DNA of 64,000 bases from Balanoglossus misakiensis (taxonomy: Eukaryota > Animalia > Hemichordata). Shown here in pieces: positions 1-13,035 of the stretch. The stretch covers positions 8,253,573-8,317,572 of the forward strand of contig CM082594.2 of the NCBI GenBank assembly GCA_040954595.2, in the 5' to 3' direction. A program made the translations under genes and the position numbers. How positions within the stretch are numbered: position 1 is the first letter of the stretch; every line of letters begins with the position of its first letter. The notes under the pieces are model-generated. The model had not been told where the DNA came from, did not search any database, and saw only the letters and a list, made by a program, of their open reading frames with translations.

Positions 1-1409
1 AGTTCATTGAGCATACATTCTCATGTTGACAATCTGATGGATTTCTGTTCATTTCAAAGCTTCTTGTTGATTTCACATAATCAATTCGATTGTTGGCAAA
101 GTTCCAGCACTCGGTATCGCAAAGATGATACAACAATGATCACAATGCCAGCAGGTTGAAGTACGGAAACTTCTTGTATGGGGTCCCTTTCTTGATCGGT
201 TGACCTCAAAAAGTTGACTTGGTTTCTCGGTGACTGACGATCTGCCCCATTCAGCATCACTGCAAGCCATTTATTGGTTCATAGGCTCATGTCGGGCAAA
301 GTAAAGTCTTTCTGTGGGATAGCAGTCTTCTTCAAAGAACAGTTAGATGAGCATTTGATAGTCTCTGAGTCTCTTCATAGCATTCTATGTGATCAGCATT
401 TCATTGTCAACGTAGCTCAAAAAGTTTTAGGAACGTCTTCTTTGTATAGAACCACGGCAACAGCAGTGACAATAACCGGTATTTTCCACGTTTTACGAGT
501 CTTATTGTCACATGCAGTTGTTGAAGATGTTGGTTACACCAATACATGATATGTCGTATTGTAGTGGTTCAATACTAAGTCGTGTTGAATATATTTCTGC
601 TTCGTCTTCATTGGTCATGTTTGAGTAACATTTGCTCTTATACATTCAGCATTCACATATGTCCGTAATGTCACTCGAAGTTAGTCCAGGCCAAAATCCA
701 CATACAGCTACAATGCTTTCACGTTCCAGTTCAATAGCAACATTGTCCACGTCCGTGTATTGAGACAGTTCTTACTGGTAGGGGGATGGACCACACACAG
801 GTAACGCACACTGTGTTCTGTCATCCAAAACGGTCAAAGTTGGACAATCCAACAAGTGCAGTCTCTCTCACTCTCAGCAGTCAGTCGATCTAAACAGTCC
901 ACGTTTGAGCAAAGGGCAAGTTGTCGGCAAATCTGGTGGGCCATGGTGTATTTACTAGGCAGGAATCTTATCTCGCATCCATTGCATTTAGACGGCTGCC
1001 ACTAGCATCCATTGAAGACCCCAGAGTGTACTGACCCTCCACTTACGCTGAGTAAATACAGGAGCATTTGTCATAGGTGAGGGAAGGAGTCACATTTACT
1101 AACTGAAGCTCTATTTTCCACTTTGACTGCATTATATCAAAAGTAATTTGAACAGACGATGCAAAATCAATTTTATCTCTACGTTCAATTCAAAATCCTG
1201 ATTCACTGTAAAAATGTTTTATATAAATTCAAAACATAATTACCTTGCAATCCATGCTTAACTTTTTAACATATGATTTATCGTTCTTTTACAATGAATA
1301 TAAAGTTTTTACAAAAGATGTTAGTTACTCATGGCTTTATATGTTACACACTCCTTCCCTCAAGTAGGTTTTAGTGACATGTGACTTTCGAAACATTAAT
1401 AGATAATAC

Positions 1410-4400
1410 CTTTTCTTGACTCTTCGCATCGTCTGTTTCTTTCTTCATCTTTTCTTCGTCTTGGGTTTCCATGGCTTCCTCTTTTTCAGGTACTGTTTTC
1501 TCGTCTTCTTTCGGTTTCTTTCCATTATCTTGTCTGCAGAGGAATCCAATTGAAAGGACAATTTAGTTTTGCTGTTCTGAGATTTTGGTAACATTTCATA
1601 ACACATGGAAAAATAATAGGCAACCTTACAGGGACTTAAAACCCTTTGCTTTGTTGGTGTTTCAACTAACAGAAAGCACAACGAAAACCAGCTGCAGACT
1701 TGACATGCTTTCAAAACACTTGCGCAATCGTTAGTACTGGCTACGTTACTCAAAAGGTGTAAAATCAAACTGTGACATCTTGTCTAAGAGTTCAATCTAT
1801 TGTAAGTGCACTGCCGTATACCAACTGGTGTTAAAGGTCACAGACATTTAACCCTATATCTACACAATCAGATTTTACTATAGTTTTGAACACCACACAA
1901 AAACTAGTAGTTGTACAAACGTCGCTAAATTTCACCCCATGCAAAACTGGGTATATAGTCAATGTCCAGTTTTATCAGAAGAAAACTGTAGGGAAACATC
2001 TCAAGTTTTTTAAAACTACTATAGCTCTAATGACTGCACTGACCAGCTGCCCATTAGTCTAATAAAGGGTTGCCCTGACGTCAGTAAATCATAGTTCAAT
2101 GCAAGATTAATGAGGGTCATAAATGTGTGGGTGTGGGTCACTCTATGGTAGATTAAAAGTACACACAACAACACACACATAATGAAAACGGAATTTTGTG
2201 AGCTTCATTCTCAACATAAAGACAAGAAAGGTGAAATAAAAAATCTCCAGACAACTAACACATCTGTGAAATCAAGGTTAGATTTGTTGTAAAATAAAAT
2301 GAACTTACTTTGGTTCAGGCTCATCAGATTCTTGCAGTTCGACGTTGTCTTTGCTTTCCTCGATGGACATCTCATGTTCCGGTGCAGTGTGGTAGCTTTC
2401 TTCATGTGGAGGTTGTCTGTCTGGACTAATGGATCTAGACCTAGAACGTGATCGTGATCTACTTTCTCTTGTCCCCTCGCTACCAGTACCACTTCCTCTT
2501 GTGTCATTCTCATTACCCTGCAAGATAAACATTGCAACCACGCATGTAAGTGTGGGGGAACGAAAAATTAGGGTTAGGGACTTCAAGTCTCTGGAAATGT
2601 ACGTTTGCTGACCAGATTATTCTGATTTCTGCCAGGGAATAGTTGCAAGCTCTTGATCTGTGCCATAGATATGACTTATACCGTGAAAACACCACAGCAT
2701 GCAGTCCGAACCAGTAAAAGACCTTCACCTTATTGCCCATGTCTGTCCAAGGAACTGCAGAAAAAAATCTAGAAAAGCACTGGATGCCTACTACAATGGA
2801 TACTACATCTACGTCGGAAATGAGAAGTGAAGCCCTGTTATGTGGAATCCTGCATATCCTACGATAATCTGGACGTAATACCAAAATTCTGAGTTGTATT
2901 TAAAATTTCCAAGTTGTAAATCCACGGGTTTCACGTGTGTGACATCATGTCTGCAGCGATCAACTTGACACCCTAACTCACTGAAAATGCATTGCAAAAA
3001 TTACCCACAATCCTAAATATAAGACCCCACAAGTTGATGGGAGTTGTTCAGTTGGCAGCTGCCATACATCACCGTTGGGAGAGAAAGAGTGTGTGAGAGA
3101 GAGATAGAGAGACACACACACACTCACTTTTTCTGTGAGCATAATTTAATTTATTTAAGTCCAATGAAATGTGGCCATGGGTCTGTTACCTTGTCTACTG
3201 CCTTTTTAGTTCTGCCTTCATCTTCAGATTCTGAAGAACTGCTTGATGAGGACGATGATGAAGAAGATGATGAACGGGATGACGATGAAGAAGACCTTCT
3301 ATCACCTCTGGATTTGCGTCCTGGCTTTTCACTCTGTCTTCTGGGCTCATCCTTTGATCCGCTGTCCTTTTCTTCTCTGTTGTCATCTTCTCCTTTCTGT
3401 ACATCCTCCTTATCATCACCTTTATCATCCCCCTCCATCTCTTCATCACTTTTTCTTCGCTCTGTCACTTCTTGACTGGGTTTATCCCCATCTGTATCTT
3501 TACCAGCTGCCTCAGACACTTCCATCTTCTCCTTCTCATCATCGTCACTCCGGACGTTCTCTGACTCGGCGACCATCCCTTCCTGCGATCCGACATCCTT
3601 CTCCCCTCCAGATTCAGCTTCTTTCCCAGATTCCTGCATCTCTTCATCTTTGGACGCGGCACTCTCTTCTGGTTCCTGTGATCTCTCCTTCTCTGCTTCC
3701 CCTGGTTTCACGTCTTCTCCAGTAGGGTTGGATTCTTCCTGTTCTGCCGCAACACTGTCACCTTGTTGCTCAGCAACGTCAGGCTTCACATCTTTAGAAT
3801 GGCTTTCCTCCTTCTCTGCCTCACCATCTTTCTGTTCAGCATCTTTACCCTTCCCATCTTTTTCTCCTCCACCTTCAACCTTTCCGGCGTCACCATCTTT
3901 CTGTTCAGCAACATCTTCCCCGTTCTCATCTTTTTCTTCTCCACCTTTCTTTTCTTCTTGTTCGGCCTCTGGACTTTCTTCCTTCTCCTGTTCTTCAAAG
4001 CTCTGCTCTTCCACAGATTTCTGCTTGCTCAGAGACTGGTTCAACTCCTCTACCTGGTCTGCCAATGCTGCTGGTATCCCCAATCCCTCATCACCTCTCC
4101 CACCCTCCTTTTCTTTTTCCTTTTCTTTAGCCTGCTCCACATCTGCCTGATGGGCCGCTGCTGCCGCTGAAAAATCAGAAATAAAAAGACATTCAAAATA
4201 CAGCTCGGGGAAACAACAGAAATATACGTATTCATGTAAATACTCAGCCGAGATATGTTTGTATAGAATGTAGCTTATCATGTGATATTCAGCACAGAAA
4301 ATGCTTTGTATCAGCTCTGTCTGAGATGTCTTACCTTGCAGACTATCCCGCTGTGCCAACAGCTCTTGCTGTTGTTTCAGATATTGTTGAATGAATTCAT

Positions 4401-5463
4401 TGGCACCAACGTTCTTGTCAGCTGCAATCTGCAAGTAAATTACGAAGAAAATGTTCTTGTTTAATATGTAGAGATGATGCGGCCAATACTACATCACTTG
4501 TCCAAAATTGCTGAGTAGACTGTACTGCCTGCCCTCCTTCTTAACCCTTTCACCCCAGTTCTCTCTGTAGAGGTCCAACCTTTCCACATAAGACAATGAA
4601 CAGGAACATAGTGGTAAAAGGATTAAGAACACCAATCACTAGTAAACTTTGTGGTACATGTACTTACTTTCTGGCTGGGTAAGATGTCAGACTGCGATGA
4701 TTCTTGTAGCCGTTCAAGAGTGACTTGCTGCAAAACCAATGCAAAAACAGAGCGTTTTAGCAAGCAAACACAGGTTCATAATAGAGTTGGCAATGTTACC
4801 ACTTTCACAAATCTAGCATCCTGGATAATCACTAATGATAAATCCTATTATTTTGCAGCTATGTTTGTCAATCCACTGCTATATTTAAAATAAGCAACAT
4901 CGTTTTATTCAGTACTTGTAAAATACAAGTATCATGGTAAACTGACTGTGAAATTGTACACATAATACACCGGGCTCCCCAACGCCCTCTACTGTAAACC
5001 GCAAACTCACTGTATATTTACAAACGCATTGTCCCTCGTGATTCATGTTTACAGTTTATCTTCAGCGAGTAAAATTTCGGCTTCAGTGGGATCAAAGATC
5101 GCGCCTATACGAGATTTGGTACTGGCCATTACAATTTGTCATTAATCCGCACCCAGTACCTTGCAATCCAGCGAAAGTGTTTGTGGTTGATTACCGACAA
5201 GTTCAAGGGATACACAACTCGTAGTTTGGGAGGTGACATCAGTTACTGAATGCAGTAGTGTGTACATTTCCCCGGGTCCGGTGCGAATACAAATTAACTT
5301 AAAACGTAGCAAAGCTTACCGTTTTCAAGCGTTTAACAAGTTGACTCTTGGTTCCACTGTTAGATAGCCCACGCTTTTTCAGCTCTGCTTTCAGGTCAAC
5401 GACTCTAAGAGTCTCGATTCTCTTACCGCCGATCGTCAACTCTTCGTCAGGTACGTCCGCCAT
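1410..5463 (-). CDS. ACIN1: Acinus (apoptotic chromatin condensation inducer, ASAP/EJC-associated splicing factor), 5' part; the gene continues past the left window edge
   Basis: ATG at 5463, then a SAP domain ([29 protein letters not shown]), [15 protein letters not shown], a long acidic E/K/D region and RS dipeptides ([13 protein letters not shown]). Phase-compatible GT-AG exons at about 5320-5463, 4668-4727, 4335-4428, 3190-4166, 2309-2517 and 1410-1533. No stop is reached; the RRM and RSB motif are not in the window. Confidence 0.75.
4541..4626. mobile_element. Tiny piggyBac-like MITE remnant in ACIN1 intron 2
   Basis: TTAA-CCCTTTCACC at 4541 and GGTAAAAGGA-TTAA ending at 4626: imperfect terminal inverted repeats with TTAA on both sides. 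Confidence 0.4.
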
Positions 5464-5679
5464 TTTGCAGCCCAGCGGGTTTCGGAAGGGTTCGGCTTTC
5501 TTCGGCAAGTGTTCGATGCGGGTCAAGTTTGAAACGAACGGTGCGGCTCATTCATTAGTTTGGTGGCGCACGTCGTGACCTTTGACACGGAGCACAGTAC
5601 TCTCGTATATATGAACAGACTCCTCTATGTCATAAATAGTAAACAACGTCAACGACAGCGTAAATGCTGATGTTTTGAA
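5464..5679. promoter_or_regulatory. Bidirectional promoter for ACIN1 and VPS9D1
   Basis: Divergent start codons at 5463 (-) and 5680 (+), separated by 216 bp; locally CpG-rich. Confidence 0.7.
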
Positions 5680-8600
5680 ATGGACTCCAAACACAATGAA
5701 GCAAGCCCCCTTCAGTCTATCATGAAAGGGGTGGCTCTTGCCCTTAGATCAGACGCACAGGGCAGATCCAAGGTACGTACGTAAACGGTAGTGTCACATA
5801 AGGCTCGCTTGTTCACCGGATACTCTATACTATAGATTTTAATAGGGATGGTATAGTCGTACATCGACAGATGCATCACGCACGCAATAAATGTTATCCG
5901 CTATTCAACCTGGAGATTATCTGGCCAACAAGCGCAAGTGGGCGTGGCATGGTATCATCATGATCATACATACCGTAATACCGAAGTCCTGATCAGAGTA
6001 AGAAAGATTGCTGGGTTTGTGATAAGTACTTTGATTCTGAATCTGATGCTGGCTTTTGTCTGTTGCCCGTGATAAACAAAAATAAAAGTGAAAGTTTACT
6101 TCCTTGTTATTTGTTCTCTACAGGAGGCATATGTGCAATATCTTTCATGTATGCAGCTGATAACAGAAAGTCTCAACAGAGATGCCCAACAAAATGGTAA
6201 GTTTCTTTGGATGCAGACTACAGGAGCAAGCATGAGTGGGTGGACTGGTGTTCTGATTTTCATGATGACAAACTGACACATGTCATTTGATTTCACACTA
6301 CTTTACTTTCACAGTATTAGGTTCATCCACGCCTTGAAACCAATATGATCAACCAGACCATCTTATTAAAATTCGACTTCTGTACTTGATTTTCAGATTG
6401 CAGGGGTCTCCAACATGCAGACACACAGAAAATGTTTAAACTGATGGATCAGTGTATGGAGAGAATTAAAGCAGTTGCAGAAACAATAGGTAAATGATGA
6501 ACACACACAAGGCATGATAAATTAATATTGATAATTTCTTTTGTTTATGTATGACATAATAACAGAAGCACTAGGTGTGACATTCTGAATGGTTGTAACA
6601 GTGTGTGTTCATATTGTTGTGTCTTACAGGTGATGGATTAGATGATGATGATGATGATGGCAGACAAGCATATGCACCCCCTCCCCCACCTTATACCCCA
6701 TTGCCCCCCATTGTACCACAGCCGGTGTCAACAACTCAGACTCAGATATATCCAAATGTACAAGGTAAAGGTACAACAAAGATGAATTTGAACCAACTGT
6801 GCTGATGATTAGGTTAAAATGTGACACAGGCTATATCACTATCCATTCTTCATCTCTTTAACTTCACGATTTTCTGTATTGTATGTACCGGTAAGCAGGG
6901 TTGATTAACTGAAACATCATCTTGTATAAATATTCACCACAGGTGTTCAGTCCAATTCAGCAGGGACGTTTGGTGTCGGCCAATATGCAAATACGAGACC
7001 AAGTCCAGTCGCCACTGGTCAGAATCCACCACAGACGTCCAATAGGAGACAAGACGACTTGATAGCCATGTTACCAAGTGTACCCGGCACAGCAGAGCCA
7101 AGTACAGCCAGCAGAGCTGCGCCCCCTACACACCAATCTCTACCCAGCAGTGAGGTCAGAAAACAATCCGTTGGTGGATTTACTGCCAACGTCATGATGT
7201 CCTATAAAGGATCAGTGGAGGCTCAGTACGGAGCTAGGAGGAGAGCACCCTCTGAGCCAATCGTGAGCAGCGTATCATTCCGCGAAAGGTAACAGCATAC
7301 ATTCAAAGTTGAACATCCTTTTTTAGTAATCAGGTCTCAACTGAACATACTGACACAGTTTCTCCATTCACAAACTCAGTAAAAGGTGTTTGATTTTGTG
7401 TCTCTTGCAAGGTTGAAGTACATGAGTCCACTGGAGAAGGCTTACATGGAGAATCAACACCTGATTGCTGCTTACAAAGCAAGGATGAATAAAATACAGG
7501 GTAGATCAGCTAACGACAAAACAACTGTTGTAAGTCCACTTGCCCTGAAATATTCAGAAAACAATGTCACACAAAAAACACCACAGTTTGGACGTGTATT
7601 TCAAGTAATCATATGCAAGTGAAGCCTTGAAATGTCAGCCTCTGAATTTGTGGTTACTTAAATATTTTTGTGTAATTCCCACAATATGTTTTTTCCTGTA
7701 GAATTTAACTTTACAAAGGAGACTGATGGATAATTTAGCGATAGCACAGGCAAGACAGGAATCTGTATCCTTTTGATGGAAATGCCATCTGTAAGCTCTG
7801 TCACTAGTATTTCCATAAAGTACATAGATCCAACCACACTTCAAGACAATCAGGTTGAATCACATTGCATTCTGTAAAATACCACCCTTAACCATGACAT
7901 CCGACAGTTGCAAAAGAAAATGGCCGAACGTCAACAGAGGCTGCAGCAGGAAGCAGTGGAGAAATTTTCCTCTCTGCACATCACACCCACCGTAGATGAG
8001 ATTGAAAGAAGACAAATCTATGCAAATGTCATGGAGTATGAACAGAACAATGTGCGCTGAAAGTACATCTTATATCACAATATGTCCATCTTTGAGTGTG
8101 TGTGACAGTGTGTGTGAATCCTCTGTCTTCTGTGTGCATTTGAAATGTCGCAAGAATAGCAGGTATATCTCATAAGATTTGTATCATTTGACTTACATGT
8201 AGATGTGCATCACTACAATTTCTTGCATTACCCAAGGGGGTAGCCATCTTGTTTTTGTGTACCAGTAAGTCATCTTCCTCCCATACCAAAATTCATCCCT
8301 GTGTATTAAATATTGATTACTGTCTATGTAATGTTATACCGTATGTATTTGATTGACAGTTATGGTTATTGGAGTGGAGGGAAAAACTGAAAAGTTCACC
8401 CCAGGACAGCAACCTCATTCACCAACTCGTCAACCAGATTCTGTGGTGCAAAGAACACCCCATCACTCAGTTGCTGCAAAAATACCAATACAACATTTAC
8501 AAGAAACTGTACACCATCATACAACAGAATGCAGACAGGTTGGATGATATTAGTGTACCGTATGGGGAGGTGGAACCTCTGACTTTCCCTGCTGATGATG

Positions 8601-10651
8601 ATGGAGAGAGTGGGGATAACGATACGGACATGAAAGAGAAATTGCTGCAGGAGACACTGGAAGAGATGAAATCGCCACAGGATAGAGGGATGTCTCATTA
8701 TGCCGTGGATCTCATGAGCCTGATTCAGGATCTGAATAAAAAGGATAAGGATGACGATGGTGTTGGCACGGAGACTCAGGATGATGCTGGGGATGAGGGC
8801 AATGGGGCGAGGAGTAATGAAAGTGGGTCAGATTTTGGTGCAACAGAGGATGGGAGCAAGGATGCTGGGGTTGATGTGACCGATGCTAGTAATTCAGTGA
8901 AAGGGGATCTGGAAGAAGCGATGGCCAAGGGCGAGAGACTCACAAAGCAACTCAGTCAACAGAACGATGGTGAACAAGACTCGGACAGTGGCGATGGTGA
9001 TGATCAAAAGTCAAATCTAGTCCCTGGAGGTGATGAAACAAACTCTGCCAGTGGTGACGTAGGTATGAAGAGCAGCAGCATTGACAGTGGTGATTTTAAT
9101 GACAGCAAGGGTGAATCAGAATCTTCAGTTGGAGTTTCGGGAGATGAGGTTGCCGGTGGTGATAGCCCACCACAGAGACAGGTGTCCGTCGCCAGCGACG
9201 TATCAGCCACCGGCAGCGATCTGATCGATGACTTTGTGGCCGAGGAAAGATCTAAAACTGACTCTGACTTCAATCAAGTGGAAGACAAGATTGATCTCAT
9301 GAATCAAGAAGCCTTGCAGAGACATCTTGATATTGTAATTCAAGATGTCCATAAGTACCTTGGTAAGATATCTCACAATAGACTGTACACACTGTTTTAT
9401 ATACTTTTAAATAATAAATTGACATTTACCATGTTGCTTTTCAATTCCAGATAAATTACAAATGATGTTTGTTGTGGCCTATGAGGAAATGGACTCGGCC
9501 ATTGCCAGGGATCAGTGCATCGCTTCTACAGAATCTTATTTCTTTCAACCAGTCTGGCCTTCAGTTCTCACAATGTTCAGGTTAGTTGTCACTCCTCTCA
9601 TCTGTCAGTACCTGATGAATTGCATGAGAGTCAATTCCTCCAATGTACTCAGATAATGCCTTTCTTTTCAGACTTGTGAATTTGAAGAAAGAAGAACTAG
9701 CTGCCACCAGTATGACCAGATACGCAAATGCATTACCACAGCATATCGGTGTGAGGAAGAAGTTCTCCTTGCTTGATGGGCTGATTGTGGAATCAGACGA
9801 TAACTATCCGTACAAACCAGCTGTCACAGAACTTCAGAAATTACCGTCCTATCAGGCACCGTTGGACAAACTGGAGTGTATAGGTGAGAATAACCTTGTG
9901 AGAAATATTTTCATTCCAGTGAAGTTGTGTCTCTTCAAACAGTCACCTTCACAAATTTACCATTATTTGAAGACTTAGACATGCCCTTTTAACCATATAT
10001 GGCCCATATGTAAATTATTTATGATTGTATAAAACCTATAGTTTGTCTTCCTATCATTTCTGTCACAGTGAACACATCACGTATTGTCTGTACCTGCGTG
10101 GAAGATTACTATGAAAGTCAAGGAAAACCGCGTCATGGACCGGAGACTGCGATGTGAGTATAGATTTCTCTGTCTGATGACTTGCCTTTGACAATTTGGA
10201 TACAAGTATTGATAATTCAGATTTTTGTTGCAGTGTCAACATTCATCCTTTTGTCTAATGTTTGTGATTTCAGAGGCTGTGATGATCTCTTGCCGATTTT
10301 GAGTTACGTTGTTGTCAAATCGCAACTTCCGCAGCTCATGTCAGAGTGTTCTGCCTTGGAAGAATTTATTCATGAAGGGTGAGTCGAGCTTTCAGACGCA
10401 TAATGAAAAAAGGATGTCATGTCTTTGCATAGTGTAGTTCACGGTGTGTATTATATATACACAACATGGGAATGTGTGTATGTCACTCATTAATTCAAGC
10501 CACAGAGATCAGCACTTCAATTTTTGACGTTTGTTGAACATTCCATTGCAGGTATTTGTTCGGCGAGGAAGGATACTGTTTGACGTCACTGCTGACAGCT
10601 CTCACATACATCTGTAAACTGTCAGAGACACAGTCATCACCAAGCGACTGA
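5680..10651 (+). CDS. VPS9D1: VPS9 domain-containing protein 1 (N-terminal MIT-like helices, C-terminal VPS9 Rab-GEF domain), about 14 exons
   Basis: N-terminus [13 protein letters not shown]...[10 protein letters not shown]...[12 protein letters not shown]; middle [13 protein letters not shown] and [26 protein letters not shown]; VPS9 motifs [29 protein letters not shown] and [14 protein letters not shown]. Exons at about 5680-5772, 6124-6196, 6397-6489, 6630-6763, 6943-7288, 7412-7529, 7702-7764, 7908-8051, 8360-9362, 9451-9580, 9671-9883, 10068-10153, 10274-10378 and 10552-10651 (TGA). Confidence 0.88.
7765..7907 (+). other. U12-type (minor spliceosome) GT-AG intron in VPS9D1
   Basis: 5' site GTATCCTTT at 7765; branch CCCTTAAC at 7885-7892, about 15 nt before the AG; no polypyrimidine tract. 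Removing it joins ...ARQES to LQKKMAER... in frame. Confidence 0.9.
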
Positions 10652-11518
10652 ACTTTCTGTCTTCTGTGATAAGTAACCAACCAATCATCTGTCCTGTTAT
10701 AACCAGTCATCAACCACTCCGACCTACCATACCTACCAAGCAACTCCTGCCATACAGCCAGTCACCTTTTTACTCTTACAGTTAGCAACCAGACACACAC
10801 ATCAGGTCTTCAACCACGTTCTTACCAGTAGAGGTTTTAGAGACAAATGCACATGATATCTGATTTCAGTAATAATGTGCCAGACATTTCTTAGCCACTT
10901 GTTTGTGAAATTATCAAAACTGCAGGGTTACACTATATTTAACTATTTTCATTTTGCATATCTATCCAGTTAGATACTCATTGCCGACCACTGTAAAACA
11001 ATGATATAGTTATCATTACTGTGTACAGATCATGTGTCCAAATATTTTATTCTGATATTTTATTCAGCATTTGTCCAAGCATTTATCTCAGTGGGGGGAA
11101 GGTTTAGCAACTCTGTACAGCCTAGGCATATTTCTGTGTAATAAACTCTCAATGCATTTGTGTCCAGTACTTCCTTAGAAATAAAGAACTTTTATAAATT
11201 GCATGAGCTGTTATTTACGCCTTATGTGATTGTATATCAAAAGAGTGAGAATACGTCTGTGTTGTACAGGATCATGATTTTGCTGAAAAGGGTTTCATGA
11301 TACCATGACAGATGCAGATTGAACTGTGTGATTTATGTCACTTGCCATGACCTTATGACCTCTGTCATGTTCTGACCTGAGCTTCCATGTCTGTATCCTC
11401 TTATGCTTGTCACGTAATGGGGTCAAAGTTTACATGAAACAGAAAACTTTGATTAAAGGGCTTATCACATTTTTTGCATGATCAGCACGTGTGCAATCTT
11501 TCCATTAAAAGCACAATA

Positions 11519-12818
11519 GGGGTAATTCCCAAAGTGATTCCCCGTCTAAAGGGAAATCACACTACAGAAGTTTTTAGACCTTGCCACATATTTTTAATGT
11601 GGCTTGGCTGTTTAAGTACTCGACATGTCTATATAAGGGTGGACCGATATGCAGTACATGTAATGTCGTAAACTTATTTTCGCTTTCGTTGTTATTTCTG
11701 CGTACTCTAATCATAGACCCTGGAGTGAGACGCTTCACAGGTGGTTGACCTTTTTAGAACAGGGAATGAATGAATGAATGAATGAATGAATGACAGCTTA
11801 CGTTTCTATAGAGATATTCCGAGAGCCAGACTGCAATCAATGTTAGCTTCAAACATTATAAAAACGAAAGAAGCGAGTCAAGGTTATACAGAATCGTACA
11901 CAATGCCTAATGGACAATGGACTTTAGAAACGATAGGCCTGCGTTAGACATGGGGTAACTATGGTTTCACAAACAGCTCAACAATCCTTTTATTATTTGG
12001 CCGAATATAGACCTAATTAAACATTAGTAGAAAACCCAGTACTGACGATTATATTGAAGTACTGCCCTTCCCTGATGATGACACATACACATAGGGAAAT
12101 ATTCGTGAGTAATGGCTTCCAGGGAATTCCCCCATCACATGACTCATGTAACACAACAGCATTGGTTGGTAGAAACGAAAGGAGAACTGACGACATATTT
12201 AAAGGGTCCAGCAACATTGTTCTGTATAATACTGGTACCAAACCACCCATGAGAACGTAGGGTTTGCGGAGGGTTTGTCGTTTGCTGCTTCGAAATTATC
12301 CTACAGGTGAGTACTTAACTCACACCGGGCTGTGCCAACCGTCTCTAACATTACGTGTGGTCTGGAGGTACTGTCAACCATGTATTTAGTAAAGATCGCT
12401 ATATATGCAACACCATGGTGATTAAATCAAGAACGGGTGTTTTGGACTTAAAATATGTTACAACGTATTTCCGCGAAGTCCAGTTGTCGGTATACGTGCT
12501 AGAATTAAGGGGCATGATAAAACGAAATATACCGGTAGGCGACGGATTTAGATTATCGTGCGCAAAATATAACCTTTTTACGAGTTTCGAGCCAGAGTAT
12601 GCATGATGAATATATCACTATATAATAATTCTGTAGTTATGTCGGTAAATATGGAAGTGGACACACCTTGTATATGGTATTGTAGAGGTATGGTTGCTAA
12701 GTAACCGTTGTGAGGGCGGTGCCTTTATTTAAACGTCCAAGGTGTCCAAATTTTTTTCGGTACGTTTCGCACGCTCGAATTTTCGCCTTTGGACAGGGAG
12801 CCCTGTCGGGGATTTCCC
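11519..12818 (+). promoter_or_regulatory. Putative ZNFX1 promoter, non-coding first exon and first intron with IRF/ISRE, NF-kB and AP-1 motifs
   Basis: TTTTCGCTTTCGTT at 11677-11690 (reverse AACGAAAGCGAAAA); AAAACGAAAG at 11861; AGAAACGAAAG at 12171. kB-like GGGGTAATTCCC at 11519, GGGAATTCCC at 12122, GGGGATTTCCC at 12808. TGACTCA at 12140. Donor CAG|GTGAGT near 12307; acceptor TTTCAG at 13022. Confidence 0.55.
11765..11793. repeat. (AATG)n microsatellite
   Basis: About 7 perfect AATG units. Confidence 0.9.
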
Positions 12819-13035
12819 AGGGCTGGTAATAAATGATTCAATTATTTCCGCGTATACAATATGGCTCCATAGTTTGTGATAAAGTTGTCGATGACTGAAT
12901 GAATTCAATGTTTAAGCAATTAAATAAGCGTGTTAAGCTTAACCCAAGGGATGTCTGATATTTGTGGACAAAAATTGTCGCTTTTCTGTGATGACGCAGT
13001 TTCTGTGATATTATCGTTTCAGCCTTGGTTTGGAA

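Noticed and set aside
1-1100. Short ORFs (73-270, 274-549) in the ACIN1 intron at the window edge
   Set aside because: No recognisable motifs or consistent splice sites; could not be assigned, and the context is truncated.
2567-2580. TTAGGGTTAGGG (CCCTAACCCTAA on the minus strand), resembling a telomerase RNA template or telomeric seed
   Set aside because: Only two units, lying ~55 nt upstream of an ACIN1 acceptor where CTAAC doubles as a branch point; the downstream sequence is coding exon.
3243-4170. Ser/Phe/Leu-rich + strand ORFs
   Set aside because: Antisense shadows of the acidic ACIN1 exon.
5960-6050. C/D-like boxes in VPS9D1 intron 1 (ATGATCA...CTGA...GTGATAA...CTGA), and similarly at 6494-6588
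   Set aside because: Poor C box or position, no clear terminal stem, and no rRNA-complementary guide of 10 nt or more that I can recognise.
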